Counted from the stretch's first letter, positions 29,303-39,481 are shown. The stretch is 64,000 nt of DNA from an uncultured virus (IMG/VR IMGVR_UViG_3300043543_000740) (IMGVR_UViG_3300043543_000740), one strand, 5' to 3'. Notes: a model not told the origin generated them from the letters alone. Made by a program: numbers and translations.

Positions 29303-30940
29303 TCAAGATGCCAGGCCGCGAGCTGTGTCGAGGTGCGCGAGAACTGTATCGGCGATTCTCTCGGTGGTGAACTCCTGGGCCGCGGCGGCACGGACGGATC
29401 GACGGTCCAACTCCATCGCGCGACGGACGGATTTGAAGTAGGCATCCAAGGCCACCGCATCCAAGTCGCTCGCCACACACCGCGCTCCAGGCGGCAGGCG
29501 ATCGACCCGGATGCCGGTCACACCGTCGCGGACGAACGAGGCCCCCGTGCGGACGCCGACGACCGGACAGCCGGCGAGCAGGATCTCCTGCAGCGCGAGC
29601 GGGCCGTGGTCGTCGTCGGCCAGGTAGGCGCACGCCCGCGACCGCCGCGCGGCCTCGAACAACTCCTCGCGGTGGTAGCGGCCGTAGTGGATCTGGACGT
29701 GGCGCGGGAACACCTCGGCCAGGTGCTCGAGCAGCTGCGGACGGTGGCCGTTCTTGCCGTAGATCAGCAAGTCGTACTCGTCGGGCAGCGGCTCGCCGGG
29801 CCACGGGTCGATGGGGTACGGCCACAGGACGATCGGCGACTGGTTCGCGGGGCCGCGGTGCCGGGCGATCAGGTCGCGATACCACCCGCTGTGACAGAAC
29901 ATCGCCCGGCAGTTGGCCGCGTCGAGCAGGCCGCACTCCTCGGCGTCGATCCGGGGCGACCCGGAGTGCGTGAAGAGCAGGTTCGGGCCCTGCACGAACG
30001 GCAGCCCCTCCGAGTCCCACCAGACCGCGTAGCGCCGGTCGTCCCAGTGCCAGAACCACGGCACCGCGCCCCGGCTCACCGGGAGCGGCCGGATCGACAG
30101 CCAGTCCAGTCCGGCGTCGATGCGCTTCCGCAGCGCCTTCTGGAGCGCGAACATGCCGTTCGTCGGCCCGTTGCGGCCGGGCGCGGTGACGGGGCCGATC
30201 AGCTCGACGGGCAGCTTGCCGTCGCGGGACGAGGCGGGCGGTCCGAACGTGAAGCGGCGGACCACCGGCAGCTTGTCGAACTCGCGAGGCCAGCCGGGAG
30301 TGATGGTCCCGGTCGTCACCGTCTGGCGGCCCAGGTCGGCGTAGCCGCGGTCGTCGAGGTAGCTGACGTGGTAGCTGCCGTTGTCGGTGCGGTAGTGGTA
30401 GAACGGCGGCGCGAACGCGCACGGGTCGCAGACGCTCACCTTCGCCTCGACCAGCCGGCCGGCGAGTTCCTGGTCCTCGCCGTTGTTCATCGCCGCGTAG
30501 CCCCGCACCCGGTCGAACGCGGACCGGCGCAACGCCCACCCGCCGTGGTAGAGGCCGCCGGTGTCTATCTCCTTGAGTCCACCGCCGTGTTCGAGCAGCA
30601 CCAGACCGGGGCGCGACCATTCGGCACGACGCAACGCCTCGGCCTGCGTCCGGAACCAGTGCGGCAGGTAGATGTCGTCGTCGTCCGCGACCAGGAGCCC
30701 CTCGGCGTCGGGCGAGGCCAGCGCGGCGCAGGCGTTCCGCTTCTCACCGAGCGTGCGGACCCGGGCCGGGATCGAGACCAGCCGCCAGCCGTCGCCGGTC
30801 TGGTTGGCGTACTGCCCGGCGTCGTCGAGGATGACCAGCTCGCGGAGCTCACGTGGGTGGTCCTGGCGCAGGAACGACTCGATCAACTGCCCGAGCAGGT
30901 GCGGGCGGTGGAACGTGCAGCACAGCGCGGCCAGTCTCAT
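29303..30940 (-). CDS. Two-domain glycosyltransferase (GT2-like + GT-B-like)
   Basis: ILDD, LGEKRN, DDDD, GED; LALQEILLAGCPVV. Confidence 0.75.
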   Translation of the reverse strand: MRLAALCCTFHRPHLLGQLIESFLRQDHPRELRELVILDDAGQYANQTGDGWRLVSIPARVRTLGEKRNACAALASPDAEGLLVADDDDIYLPHWFRTQAEALRRAEWSRPGLVLLEHGGGLKEIDTGGLYHGGWALRRSAFDRVRGYAAMNNGEDQELAGRLVEAKVSVCDPCAFAPPFYHYRTDNGSYHVSYLDDRGYADLGRQTVTTGTITPGWPREFDKLPVVRRFTFGPPASSRDGKLPVELIGPVTAPGRNGPTNGMFALQKALRKRIDAGLDWLSIRPLPVSRGAVPWFWHWDDRRYAVWWDSEGLPFVQGPNLLFTHSGSPRIDAEECGLLDAANCRAMFCHSGWYRDLIARHRGPANQSPIVLWPYPIDPWPGEPLPDEYDLLIYGKNGHRPQLLEHLAEVFPRHVQIHYGRYHREELFEAARRSRACAYLADDDHGPLALQEILLAGCPVVGVRTGASFVRDGVTGIRVDRLPPGARCVASDLDAVALDAYFKSVRRAMELDRRSVRAAAAQEFTTERIADTVLAHLDTARGLAS

Positions 30941-30945
30941 GGGGT

Positions 30946-31452
30946 TCACCACAGGGGGCGGAGGGCCGCGTCGAGCCAGTCGAGCGGGTCGGTGTCGCTG
31001 ACGACCGTCGTCCAGGGCACGAGGCGGTCGAACGTGTAGCGGTACTTGAAGCGCCCGAACGCGGGGCCGTACCCGTAGGCGTCGTGCTGGGAGTCGTGGG
31101 CGATCAGCAACCGGCACTTGCCGTGGAGGCGCGCGACCTCGACCCCGCGGCGGTGCGGCGGCTCGTGGTCGATCAGCACGACCGACCAGTCGTGGTCGTG
31201 AATCGGGGCGTGCTGATAGTCGGGCACGAACACGATCTGGTGGTTGTGCTTCGTCACCGGCTGCTCGGTGCAGACGGATGACACGACCGAGAACCAGCGC
31301 GGGTCGGCCTCGACCGTGCGGGCCACGCGACCGGCCGCGAAGGCGCTCAGGATCGGCGTGCTGAACCAGCCGGACCCGAACCCCAGGACCGGGCCGGTCG
31401 TGCGCCGGATGCACGCCAACAGAACGGGGATGTGGGTGGCGAACGGGTTCAT
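30946..31452 (-). CDS. Small methyltransferase-like protein
   Basis: VLGFGSG..ST, LIDH and AHD motifs. Confidence 0.55.
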   Translation of the reverse strand: MNPFATHIPVLLACIRRTTGPVLGFGSGWFSTPILSAFAAGRVARTVEADPRWFSVVSSVCTEQPVTKHNHQIVFVPDYQHAPIHDHDWSVVLIDHEPPHRRGVEVARLHGKCRLLIAHDSQHDAYGYGPAFGRFKYRYTFDRLVPWTTVVSDTDPLDWLDAALRPLW

Positions 31453-32513
31453 GCGACCTCCGCGAGCGCCGGCTCGGCACGTCGCCCGATCCCGGCGAAC
31501 AGCCGCCGCCACCCAGCCCAGATCACGTCCGGGTTGGCGAACTCGTTGACGAGCCGCTCGCGGGCGGCGTGCGCGATCCGCAGGCGCAGTTCCTCGTCGT
31601 AGGCGAGCGTCGCGGCGTAGTGGGCCAGTTCCTCGTCGCACGAGCCGAGGAACCCGGTCACGGCGTGGTCGATCATCTCCCGCCAGCCCCACTCGTTCTG
31701 GGCGACCACGGGGACGCCGGCGGCCATCGCCTCCAGGCCGGCGCGGGGCCAGTTCTCGCGGGCCCCGCCGTTGACCGGCAGCAGGCAGTGCAGTGTGGCG
31801 AAGAACTGCTGCGGGGTGATCGCCATCGGTTTCAGGCAGTCGGCCCACGCCGGCGGCTTGCCGAGCTTCGCGTGGGTGCGGTCGTCCATCCCGAGCATGA
31901 AGGCCCGCTTGTTGCGGACCTGGATGCGCTCGTAGATCGGCCAGGTGTTGCTCGACCACTTGTCGGCGTCGGGACGTGCCACCCGCCCGACGAAGAACGG
32001 CTCGCCCTTCGCGTGCGGGCGCGGGCGGAACTCCCACTCGGTGAGGTCGAACGCACCCCGGATCAGGTGCCCGGTCGCCGGGTCGTACCCGAACTCCGCA
32101 AGCTTCGGCTCGATCTCCACTCGCTGGAACTCGGACTGGTAGACCATCGCGTCGGCCGGTCCGTGCTTTGCGAAGAACCGCCTCTCGTGCTCGAACAGGA
32201 AGGTCATGCAGTTGACCCAGACGATGGGGCAGCCCAGCGCGCGGAAGCGGTGGGCGTGCGCCATGAACTCGGCGTTGCAGAACGAGACCACGGGCGAACC
32301 CGCCAGGCCGGGCACGCGCTCCAGCTCCTCGGGGCGGACCTGGTGGGTCGTGCAACCCAGCGCGTCGAGCCGCGCCCGCCAGCGGTCGTTCGCCCACCAC
32401 GTCGGGATCAGGCGGACCTCGACGCCGTAGCGCCGCCACAGCTTGACCGTGTGCCAGGCCTCGGTGTTGGCCCCGCCCATCTCGCCGGGGTAGCCGATCA
32501 GGAAGACACGCAT
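31449..32513 (-). CDS. GT4 glycosyltransferase
   Basis: GGANTE and LEAMAAGVPVV motifs. Confidence 0.85.
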   Translation of the reverse strand: MRVFLIGYPGEMGGANTEAWHTVKLWRRYGVEVRLIPTWWANDRWRARLDALGCTTHQVRPEELERVPGLAGSPVVSFCNAEFMAHAHRFRALGCPIVWVNCMTFLFEHERRFFAKHGPADAMVYQSEFQRVEIEPKLAEFGYDPATGHLIRGAFDLTEWEFRPRPHAKGEPFFVGRVARPDADKWSSNTWPIYERIQVRNKRAFMLGMDDRTHAKLGKPPAWADCLKPMAITPQQFFATLHCLLPVNGGARENWPRAGLEAMAAGVPVVAQNEWGWREMIDHAVTGFLGSCDEELAHYAATLAYDEELRLRIAHAARERLVNEFANPDVIWAGWRRLFAGIGRRAEPALAEVA

Positions 32514-32518
32514 CGCGT

Positions 32519-34165
32519 TCAGACCTCCACCACACTGGATGACGGACCCGGCAGCCCGTCACCGGAGGACGAACCCGAGTCGCCGTCGCTCCCGCTACTC
32601 CCGTCCGAGGAGCTTCCGCTCGACCCCGAGGATGATCCACTGTCGCTCGACGATGACACATCGATCGCGCTGGACGACGGGTCGCCACTGCCGCTCGGCG
32701 TGTCCGCCGCGCTGGAGGTCGGCAGGTCGATCCCGCTGGACGAGTGGACGACCCACGAAGACGTGTCGTCCGCCGCGCTCGACGACGGGAGCGGGGCGCT
32801 GGAGGACGCCTCGTCCCCACTGCCGCTCGGCCCGCTGGACGTGTCGATCCCGCTCGAGGAGTGGGTCACGCCGGACGAGCCGTCGTCCACGGCGCTCGAC
32901 GAGGGGAGCGGGCCGCCGGACGATGAGTCGTCGGCGCTACTGCTCGGCGGCGGGAGTGAGGAGCTGCTCTCGTATCCGGACGAGCTGCTGTCGTAACCGC
33001 TCGATGATCCGCTCGACGAGACACCGGATGAGCCGCTGCTCGACCCGCTGGTGCAACCCTCGCAGCAGCAACACCCGGCCGGGTGGCTGAACTGCCACGC
33101 GCCTTCTTCCTTGGTCAGCGCCCCGTTTTCGATCCGCAGCGTGATCGTCCGTGTGTAGACGTTGAGCTTGCCGGCCTCGCACCGGACGTCGGTCTCGGTG
33201 ACCGTGACGCCGGGCGGGCCGCTCGACGACCCGCCGCTCGAACTGCCGGAGGAACTGCCCGAGGAGGAACCCGACGACGATCCGGACGAAGATCCCGAGG
33301 ACGAATCCGAGGAGGATCCCGACGACGAGGAATCGCAGCACCCCTCGCCGAGGGCCAGGACTTCCCACTTGCGGCTGTCCGCGTAGTACTTGGCGACGCC
33401 GTAGGTGCCGGCCGGGACCGAGGTCGCCGGCGGGCAGCCGCAGCCGCTCCCCGACGAACCCATCGCCTTGCAGAGTTCCGGGCAGACGACGCCGATGGCG
33501 TCGTGGACGGTGATCGTCGCCTCGACGGGGCACCACTTGCCGTCCCGGAACACGACCAGCTTCGCCGGCGCGGAGCCGCACCGCGCCAGCGACCCGGTCA
33601 GCCGGAACCGGACGTGGTCCTCCCCGTCCCCCAGCCGCACGACGGCCCACCGCTCGACCGACCCGGTCTCCTCGACCCACAGCACCCGCGCGGACCCCGC
33701 CGGAGCGTTGCGGAGCGATTGCGTGCCGCCCGGCCCGACCTCGGCGAACTCGTATCGGTAACTGGGATCGACCCCCAACCGCACCGGCGTTACCCCCGCG
33801 ACGACCCCCCGGCCGATGGCACCGGCGTCGAGCGGGTCGAGCAGTACCGCGAACCGACCGACGGCCGGTGGGTCTTCGGGTACGCCGCCGTCGAACGTGA
33901 CGCGGGTCTGGAACTCCGACAGGTTGTCCAGCGGCCCGACGATCGGGCCGGATAGCGCGAGGACCGCGAACCGGGAGAGCGCCACGCCGGTCGTGTTCCG
34001 CACCTTCACGATGCCCGTCTGGCGGAACAGGTCGGCCTCGTCGCGGTCGGTCTCGTGCAGCCGGCCGCGAGTTTTCCGGGCGGCCTCGAGGAACGCGTTG
34101 TACGCCGCCGCCGGGATCTCCAGCCGCTGGCCGGGCGTGACGCTCTTGAACGGGTCGCCGGGCAC
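32519..34165 (-). CDS. Tail-associated protein with Cys clusters and long Ser/Gly-rich tail
   Basis: Second gene after the tape measure; SSSG repeats. Confidence 0.7.
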   Translation of the reverse strand: MPGDPFKSVTPGQRLEIPAAAYNAFLEAARKTRGRLHETDRDEADLFRQTGIVKVRNTTGVALSRFAVLALSGPIVGPLDNLSEFQTRVTFDGGVPEDPPAVGRFAVLLDPLDAGAIGRGVVAGVTPVRLGVDPSYRYEFAEVGPGGTQSLRNAPAGSARVLWVEETGSVERWAVVRLGDGEDHVRFRLTGSLARCGSAPAKLVVFRDGKWCPVEATITVHDAIGVVCPELCKAMGSSGSGCGCPPATSVPAGTYGVAKYYADSRKWEVLALGEGCCDSSSSGSSSDSSSGSSSGSSSGSSSGSSSGSSSGGSSSGPPGVTVTETDVRCEAGKLNVYTRTITLRIENGALTKEEGAWQFSHPAGCCCCEGCTSGSSSGSSGVSSSGSSSGYDSSSSGYESSSSLPPPSSSADDSSSGGPLPSSSAVDDGSSGVTHSSSGIDTSSGPSGSGDEASSSAPLPSSSAADDTSSWVVHSSSGIDLPTSSAADTPSGSGDPSSSAIDVSSSSDSGSSSGSSGSSSDGSSGSDGDSGSSSGDGLPGPSSSVVEV

Positions 34166-34166
34166 G

Positions 34167-35000
34167 TCAGCCTCCGATCCCGAGGAGCGCGAAGTTGCCC
34201 GGCTCGTACACCCGCTCGATGTAGACCGACTCCGGCTGCTTCACGAGGACCTTCTGGTCCTCGACGTCCCCGTAGCGGACCCAGAGGTACTCCCACCCCT
34301 TCTTGTTGATGTTCTGGATGTCGCCGACCTGAAGGTTGACCGCGTTCGGGCTGGCGGCGAACTGGTAGGTAAGCTCCCACTTCTCGAGGCCGCGGCGCGA
34401 GCCCGACGCGCCGAGGAACAGCACCTCGCCCGCCGCGAACCCCCTGAACGGGGCGTTGTTGACCCGCCCGGTGAGCTGGAAGAGCGTGATCTTGTAGCCG
34501 TGCGTGACCAGCGCCACCGGGATCGAGTAGGTCTCGGAGAACCGGAACACCGGCACGGTGATGTCGGTCCCCTCGACGGAGTCGTTGTTGAACCCGATCG
34601 CGCCCTTGAGGTCGGGCGGGATCTTCCCCGGCTTGCCGTGCTTGGCGACGGTCTGGAGCGACTGGGTGATGTGCTGCGTGCCGCCCGAGGTCTCGAACGT
34701 GTAGCTCGGGCCGAGCGGGGCGTTGGGCTGGGGCGGGTCGTTGCCGGGCGGGGCGTCGTCCGCCTGCGTGTCCTCGCGGCCGTACCGGACCGACACGTCC
34801 CAGACCCCGCCGCCCTTGTGGTCGATGCGGTAGTTCTGGAAGATCATGCCGCGGAAGATCGCCGGGATCGTCGCCTCGACCAGCGCCCGCACGTCGAGGT
34901 CGCTCTCGGTGCCGAGGACGGCGAACAGCAGGTCGACGGACGGGCTGTCCGGCCCGACCGTCGCCCCGCCGCTGTCGAACTTCTCGACGATGATCGCCAC
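34167..35000 (-). CDS. Putative tail/baseplate protein
   Basis: Directly follows the tape measure gene. Confidence 0.6.
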   Translation of the reverse strand: MAIIVEKFDSGGATVGPDSPSVDLLFAVLGTESDLDVRALVEATIPAIFRGMIFQNYRIDHKGGGVWDVSVRYGREDTQADDAPPGNDPPQPNAPLGPSYTFETSGGTQHITQSLQTVAKHGKPGKIPPDLKGAIGFNNDSVEGTDITVPVFRFSETYSIPVALVTHGYKITLFQLTGRVNNAPFRGFAAGEVLFLGASGSRRGLEKWELTYQFAASPNAVNLQVGDIQNINKKGWEYLWVRYGDVEDQKVLVKQPESVYIERVYEPGNFALLGIGG

Positions 35001-35012
35001 CGGGTGGAGCCC

Positions 35013-36845
35013 TCACACGAAGACCAGTCCGCCGTGGACGGCCGCGACCGCGATCTTCTTGACGTTGTCGTTGATCTGGTCGACCGCCTTGGCGGCGCGC
35101 TCGTTGAGCGACTCGCCGCCCAGCCCACGAACGGCCAGGGCGTTGAACGTCCCCTGGACGTCCACCTTCTTGGAGAGGTCGATCACCTCGTCGAGTGAGG
35201 ACATCGACCCGGACTTGGCCTTCGGCGGGACGCGGTCGCCCATGCCGGCGCGCTTGCGTTCCGCCTCCTTCACCGCGTCGCGGAGCTCATCGGCCGCCTT
35301 CCGCACGTCGTCCATCGCCTCGGCCGCGTTCGCCTTGCGGGCCGCGTCGGCCTCGCGCTGCCGGCGGAGCCGCTCGTCGAGGATCTGGTTCTTGATCCGG
35401 TCGCGGTTGCGGTTGATGTTCTCGTCCGAGAAGTCGAAGTTCTCGCGGAGCTTCCGGGCGAACGTCTCGAACCCGAGCTTGTCCGCGACCCAGGCGGCGG
35501 CCTTGAAGAGCTTCTCGATGGCGAACGCGAAGGTGCGGGCGATCCAGGCGGTGAAGTCCCAGAACATGAGCTTCAACCCGGCCACCGCGTCGTGCCAGCC
35601 GTCGACGAAGATGCCCTTGAAGGCGTTCCACTTCTCGGTCCACCACAGCACCGCCTTGGCCCACTCCAGGTTGATGGCCGCGAGTGCGATCTTGGCCGCC
35701 AGTTCCAGGTCGCCGGCCTGGATCGCGGCGACGATCCCGCCCCAGGCGGTCTTCGCCGTCTCCGCGAAGCTCATGAACCCCGCGCTCAACTCGTCCGTCA
35801 TCCGCTTCCCGGCGTCGGTCTGCGTGGCGAACAGGTAGCCGAGGCCGACCAGGGCCGCGACCACCAGGCCGATGGGCGACAGGAGCGCGCCGAGGACCGA
35901 GCCGATCACCCCGATGACCGTGCCGAGCATCGAGAAGACGGTGACCAGTCCGCTGATCGCGAAGCCCGCCAGACTGACGAACGCGCCGAGCGCGACCAGT
36001 GCCGCGCCGACCCCGAGGACGACCGCGACAATCTTGGCGATCGAGACGACCAGGCCGCGGTTGCGGTCGATCCACTCGGAGACGTCCCGCGAGGTCGTGA
36101 TGATCCAGTTGGCCAGTTCCACGAGCGACGGCACGAGCGCCGCCCCGACGGAGAACGCGCCGCGCTTGATCACCTTCCAGAGCACGTCGAGCGTGTCGCC
36201 GAACTCCTCGGCGGCGGCCGCGTCCTCGGTCGAAATGGTGAGTCCCAACCGCCGCGCCTTCTCCTGGAGCGCCTCGATCCCGGCCGCCCCGTCGTTCATC
36301 AGGGGCAGGAGCTTCGTCCCCGACTTGCCGAACACGTCCATCGCCAGCGCCGCCCGCAGGGTCGGGTTCTCGACCTTGCTGAGCCGCTCGGCGATCAGTT
36401 TGAACTGCTCGTCGGGCGCGAGCGCCTTCAGGTCGGCCACCGTGAGGCCGAGCTTTTCCAGGGCGGCGCGCGCCGCTTTGGAGCCGTCCGCGGCCTCGAC
36501 GACGAACTTCTGAATCTTCCGCAGGCCCGCCTCGAGCGTTTCCATGTCCGCGCCCGACTGCTCGGCCGCGAACCCCAACTCCGAGAGCGCCTCGACCGAG
36601 ACGCCGGTCCGCTGGCTCATGTCGATCAGGTCGCTGCCCAGCTCGGTGAAGACCTTCGTGGCCAGCACGAACGGCGCGGCGAAGGCGGCACCGACGCCGA
36701 GCAGTTGCGTGCCGAGGCCCGTGATCCCGGCGCCGAACGCCTTCAGCTTGGCGGCCGCGGCGGCGAGCCCCTTCGTCAGCCGGTTGTCCTTGACGAACAA
36801 CTCGACGTAGGCGGCCCCCGCGCGAATCCCCGCAGCCGACGCCAT
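35013..36845 (-). CDS. Tape measure protein
   Basis: Ala-rich helical protein with SQRTGVSVEALS and FGKSG..LLP; follows the tail chaperones. Confidence 0.88.
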   Translation of the reverse strand: MASAAGIRAGAAYVELFVKDNRLTKGLAAAAAKLKAFGAGITGLGTQLLGVGAAFAAPFVLATKVFTELGSDLIDMSQRTGVSVEALSELGFAAEQSGADMETLEAGLRKIQKFVVEAADGSKAARAALEKLGLTVADLKALAPDEQFKLIAERLSKVENPTLRAALAMDVFGKSGTKLLPLMNDGAAGIEALQEKARRLGLTISTEDAAAAEEFGDTLDVLWKVIKRGAFSVGAALVPSLVELANWIITTSRDVSEWIDRNRGLVVSIAKIVAVVLGVGAALVALGAFVSLAGFAISGLVTVFSMLGTVIGVIGSVLGALLSPIGLVVAALVGLGYLFATQTDAGKRMTDELSAGFMSFAETAKTAWGGIVAAIQAGDLELAAKIALAAINLEWAKAVLWWTEKWNAFKGIFVDGWHDAVAGLKLMFWDFTAWIARTFAFAIEKLFKAAAWVADKLGFETFARKLRENFDFSDENINRNRDRIKNQILDERLRRQREADAARKANAAEAMDDVRKAADELRDAVKEAERKRAGMGDRVPPKAKSGSMSSLDEVIDLSKKVDVQGTFNALAVRGLGGESLNERAAKAVDQINDNVKKIAVAAVHGGLVFV

Positions 36846-36848
36846 CGC

Positions 36849-37265
36849 TCACGCCCCCCTGGGTCGGTCCACGAACACCTGCTTCAGGACGGCGACGCCG
36901 ACCCTGGCCGCGACCGGCTCCTTCCGCCGCAGGTGCGGGTTGAAGTCGGCCGGCTGGAACGGGCGGGTCTTCTTCGGGTCGCGGTGCGCGTTGGCGAGCA
37001 GGGCCAGTACGGCGGACGTGTGCGCCCACCGCTGGCGGCCGGCCGCCTCGGCCATCGTCAGGAGTTCGCGGAGGGTGAAGGGTCCGGGGTCGATCCCGAG
37101 GACGCCGGCGAGTTCCCAAACGAGGCGATCAACCTGCTCGCTTCCGCCGCCGGGTCGAGGCGGTCGATCACCACCTCGGCGTGGTCCAGGAGCTTGTCCC
37201 GCACCTTCCGCCCGGCCGAGAGCACCTTCGTCAGGCTCGCCCGCGCCCGGGCGTCGGGGAAAAAA
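36849..37265 (-). CDS. Tail assembly chaperone T portion (via -1 frameshift)
   Basis: The -1 frame is open from the slippery T TTT TTC at 37265-37259. Confidence 0.65.
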   Translation of the reverse strand, partial: FFPRRPGAGEPDEGALGRAEGAGQAPGPRRGGDRPPRPGGGSEQVDRLVWELAGVLGIDPGPFTLRELLTMAEAAGRQRWAHTSAVLALLANAHRDPKKTRPFQPADFNPHLRRKEPVAARVGVAVLKQVFVDRPRGA

Positions 37266-37555
37266 TCGATCAGCTCCTCGACGAACGCGTCCGCGGCGAG
37301 CGTGATCGCGTCGCCGGCCAGCGCCCGCCCGAAGTCCTCGTCGGTGACCTGCTTGGCGTCTGCCTCGTCCTTGCACAGGCAGTACAGGACGTCGGCCAGT
37401 TGCACCGGGTCGGACACGAGCGCCCCGAGCGGCTTGAACCCCTCGTCGATGAGCTTGTAGAGGTCGATGCCGACGAGCCCGCGGACCCGCTTGACGGCGG
37501 CCACGTTGATGGCCACCGTCCACGCCCGCCCGGCGTTGTCGCGGAAGCTGTGCAC
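37058..37555 (-). CDS. Tail assembly chaperone G
   Basis: Position before the tape measure; contains the slippery site. Confidence 0.75.
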   Translation of the reverse strand: MHSFRDNAGRAWTVAINVAAVKRVRGLVGIDLYKLIDEGFKPLGALVSDPVQLADVLYCLCKDEADAKQVTDEDFGRALAGDAITLAADAFVEELIDFFPDARARASLTKVLSAGRKVRDKLLDHAEVVIDRLDPAAEASRLIASFGNSPASSGSTPDPSPSANS

Positions 37556-37556
37556 G

Positions 37557-38576
37557 TCACTTCCTCCGGATGAGGGGGATGTCGATCGGCTCCCAGTCCG
37601 CGTCGGTCCGCTTGGCGACGCAGACCGGTATCGCGAGCGGCTCCCAGGCGTCCGCGTCGGTCTTCGCGACGGGCCGCAGCCGGCCCGCCCGCTCGGCGCT
37701 GCCGCCGAACATGAGCGTCTTGCGGCCGCGCTCGGTGGTGCAGCAGACGACGGCGACCAGCTCGTCGGTGTCGGCCCGGAAGATGCCGCCGCCCGAGTCG
37801 CCGGAGGAAACGCTCAGCTCCATCTGCAACTGCCCGTCGTGCGTCTCCGCGCCGGTGACGCGGCCGGTCTCGCGGTTACCCGGCTTGTCGATGCCGTAGC
37901 CCATGTGCCAGACCTCGGTCCCGACGGGCGGATTCCTCGCGGCGAGGTTGGCGAACGGCAGGTCTTCGATGGCCGCGTCGGTGACGAGCCAGGTCAGGTC
38001 GGCGTCGGCGTTCCGCGCCGCGACCGTGACGGCGAGGGTGCGGCCGTCCTTGAGCGTGAAGCTCCCCCGGCTGCCGACCCCGCCGGTGCAGTGCGAAGCG
38101 GTCAGGACGTCCCACTTCCCGTCGGGACGGCGCGGGCCGATCACCGTCGCGGTGCAACCGGCGCTGCCGAAGCGGAGCTTGCCGATGGCCTGCTCGGCGT
38201 TGGCCTTCCCCGGCGGCTTCGGCTCGGGCTTGGGCGGCACCGGCCCGCACCCCTCGACGACGACCGTGACCTGGCTCTCCTCGACGACCAGCCCGCCCTC
38301 GGCCTGCCGGATCACCAGCAGTTCGACCTCGTAGGTGCCGGGGTGGGCGGCGAACTCCAGCACGCCTCGCGGTGTGGTCGCCCGCTGCACGTCCTTCGCC
38401 GGGTGAACGCGCCACAGGATCGCGGCCTTCGGGTCCACCCCCTCGGCACGCAGCTGGACCAGCGAGTGCGGTTTGTACTTCGTCTCGCCCGTGATGCGGA
38501 CGGGCGGGTTCGGGTCCGCGCGGACCGACGCGGCGACGGACAGCAGAATCGAGAACCCGACAACGAAAACGCGCAT
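37557..38576 (-). CDS. Secreted trypsin-like serine protease
   Basis: Signal peptide; LTASHC, D and GDSGG triad motifs. Confidence 0.88.
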   Translation of the reverse strand: MRVFVVGFSILLSVAASVRADPNPPVRITGETKYKPHSLVQLRAEGVDPKAAILWRVHPAKDVQRATTPRGVLEFAAHPGTYEVELLVIRQAEGGLVVEESQVTVVVEGCGPVPPKPEPKPPGKANAEQAIGKLRFGSAGCTATVIGPRRPDGKWDVLTASHCTGGVGSRGSFTLKDGRTLAVTVAARNADADLTWLVTDAAIEDLPFANLAARNPPVGTEVWHMGYGIDKPGNRETGRVTGAETHDGQLQMELSVSSGDSGGGIFRADTDELVAVVCCTTERGRKTLMFGGSAERAGRLRPVAKTDADAWEPLAIPVCVAKRTDADWEPIDIPLIRRK

Positions 38577-38593
38577 GGTGCTCCTCGGGGTGA

Positions 38594-39034
38594 TCAGGGA
38601 ACCGTCATCCAGGTGGGCGGGTTGGCGGAGAACGTCGGCTTCACGGTCACGCTCACGGTGATCGCCTCTTCGAGCGCCTCGTTGCGGCTGAAGTTGGTGA
38701 CCGCGCAGGTGGCCCGCAGCCCCTGCGAGCCGGCCGTGGCAATGTCGCCGTCCATGACCGCGAACTCGAGCGCGGTGTGGTTCAGGAACGCATCGCGGAT
38801 CGCGGCGAAGTCGTCGTCCTCGGTGTCCCACACCATGTCGAACTCGATGGAGCCGTCCTTGAGCGTCGCCACGGTCGCGCGCCAGCCGGCGTTGCCGCGG
38901 GTGGTCACGTCGGCCTCGCCGGCCTCGAGGTTGAGCGTCACGTCCTTGACGTTCTTGATCTCGTTCCAGACCGGGGCGGCCTGGGTGCCCGTGTTGCGGT
39001 AGAGCTTGGCGTCGAGCCCGAGTTTCACACCCAC
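38594..39034 (-). CDS. Tail tube protein
   Basis: EADVTTR..GWR motif and position. Confidence 0.75.
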   Translation of the reverse strand: MGVKLGLDAKLYRNTGTQAAPVWNEIKNVKDVTLNLEAGEADVTTRGNAGWRATVATLKDGSIEFDMVWDTEDDDFAAIRDAFLNHTALEFAVMDGDIATAGSQGLRATCAVTNFSRNEALEEAITVSVTVKPTFSANPPTWMTVP

Positions 39035-39046
39035 GCGACACCTCCG

Positions 39047-39478
39047 TCAGCGAACCGAGTTCTTCCACAGGGCCGGCAGTTGCGGCTTCTCGGCCTCGAA
39101 CGCCGGACCCATGTACGGGCGCGGGCGATAGTGCGCCCGCTTCGGTCCTTCGCGTGTCTCCAGCGTCGTGTCGCCGCCGTGTTCCAAGAGGCGCGGGGCT
39201 TCGGACCCCTCCTTCGTCAGCGTCGGCCCGATCACCACCGACTTGCGGTCGGGGTCGTAGGCGAACAGGATGAACTTCCGCAAGAGGCCGACGTGCGAGA
39301 AGGGCGGGCCGCCCGGCGGGCTGGTCCCCTTCCGCTTGCGGATCGAGGTCTTCGCCCGCTGCCGGACGAAGGCCCCGAAACGGGACAGCACCCTGCGGGT
39401 GCCGGCGTCCACCGACCGCTTCACCTTCTCGCGGTCGAAGAAGCCGCGCTTGGCGGCGGCGAACGTCAGCCCAACCAC
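39047..39478 (-). CDS. Tail completion / neck protein
   Basis: Basic protein with LLEHGG and RPYMGPAF. Confidence 0.65.
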   Translation of the reverse strand: MVGLTFAAAKRGFFDREKVKRSVDAGTRRVLSRFGAFVRQRAKTSIRKRKGTSPPGGPPFSHVGLLRKFILFAYDPDRKSVVIGPTLTKEGSEAPRLLEHGGDTTLETREGPKRAHYRPRPYMGPAFEAEKPQLPALWKNSVR

Positions 39479-39481
39479 CCG

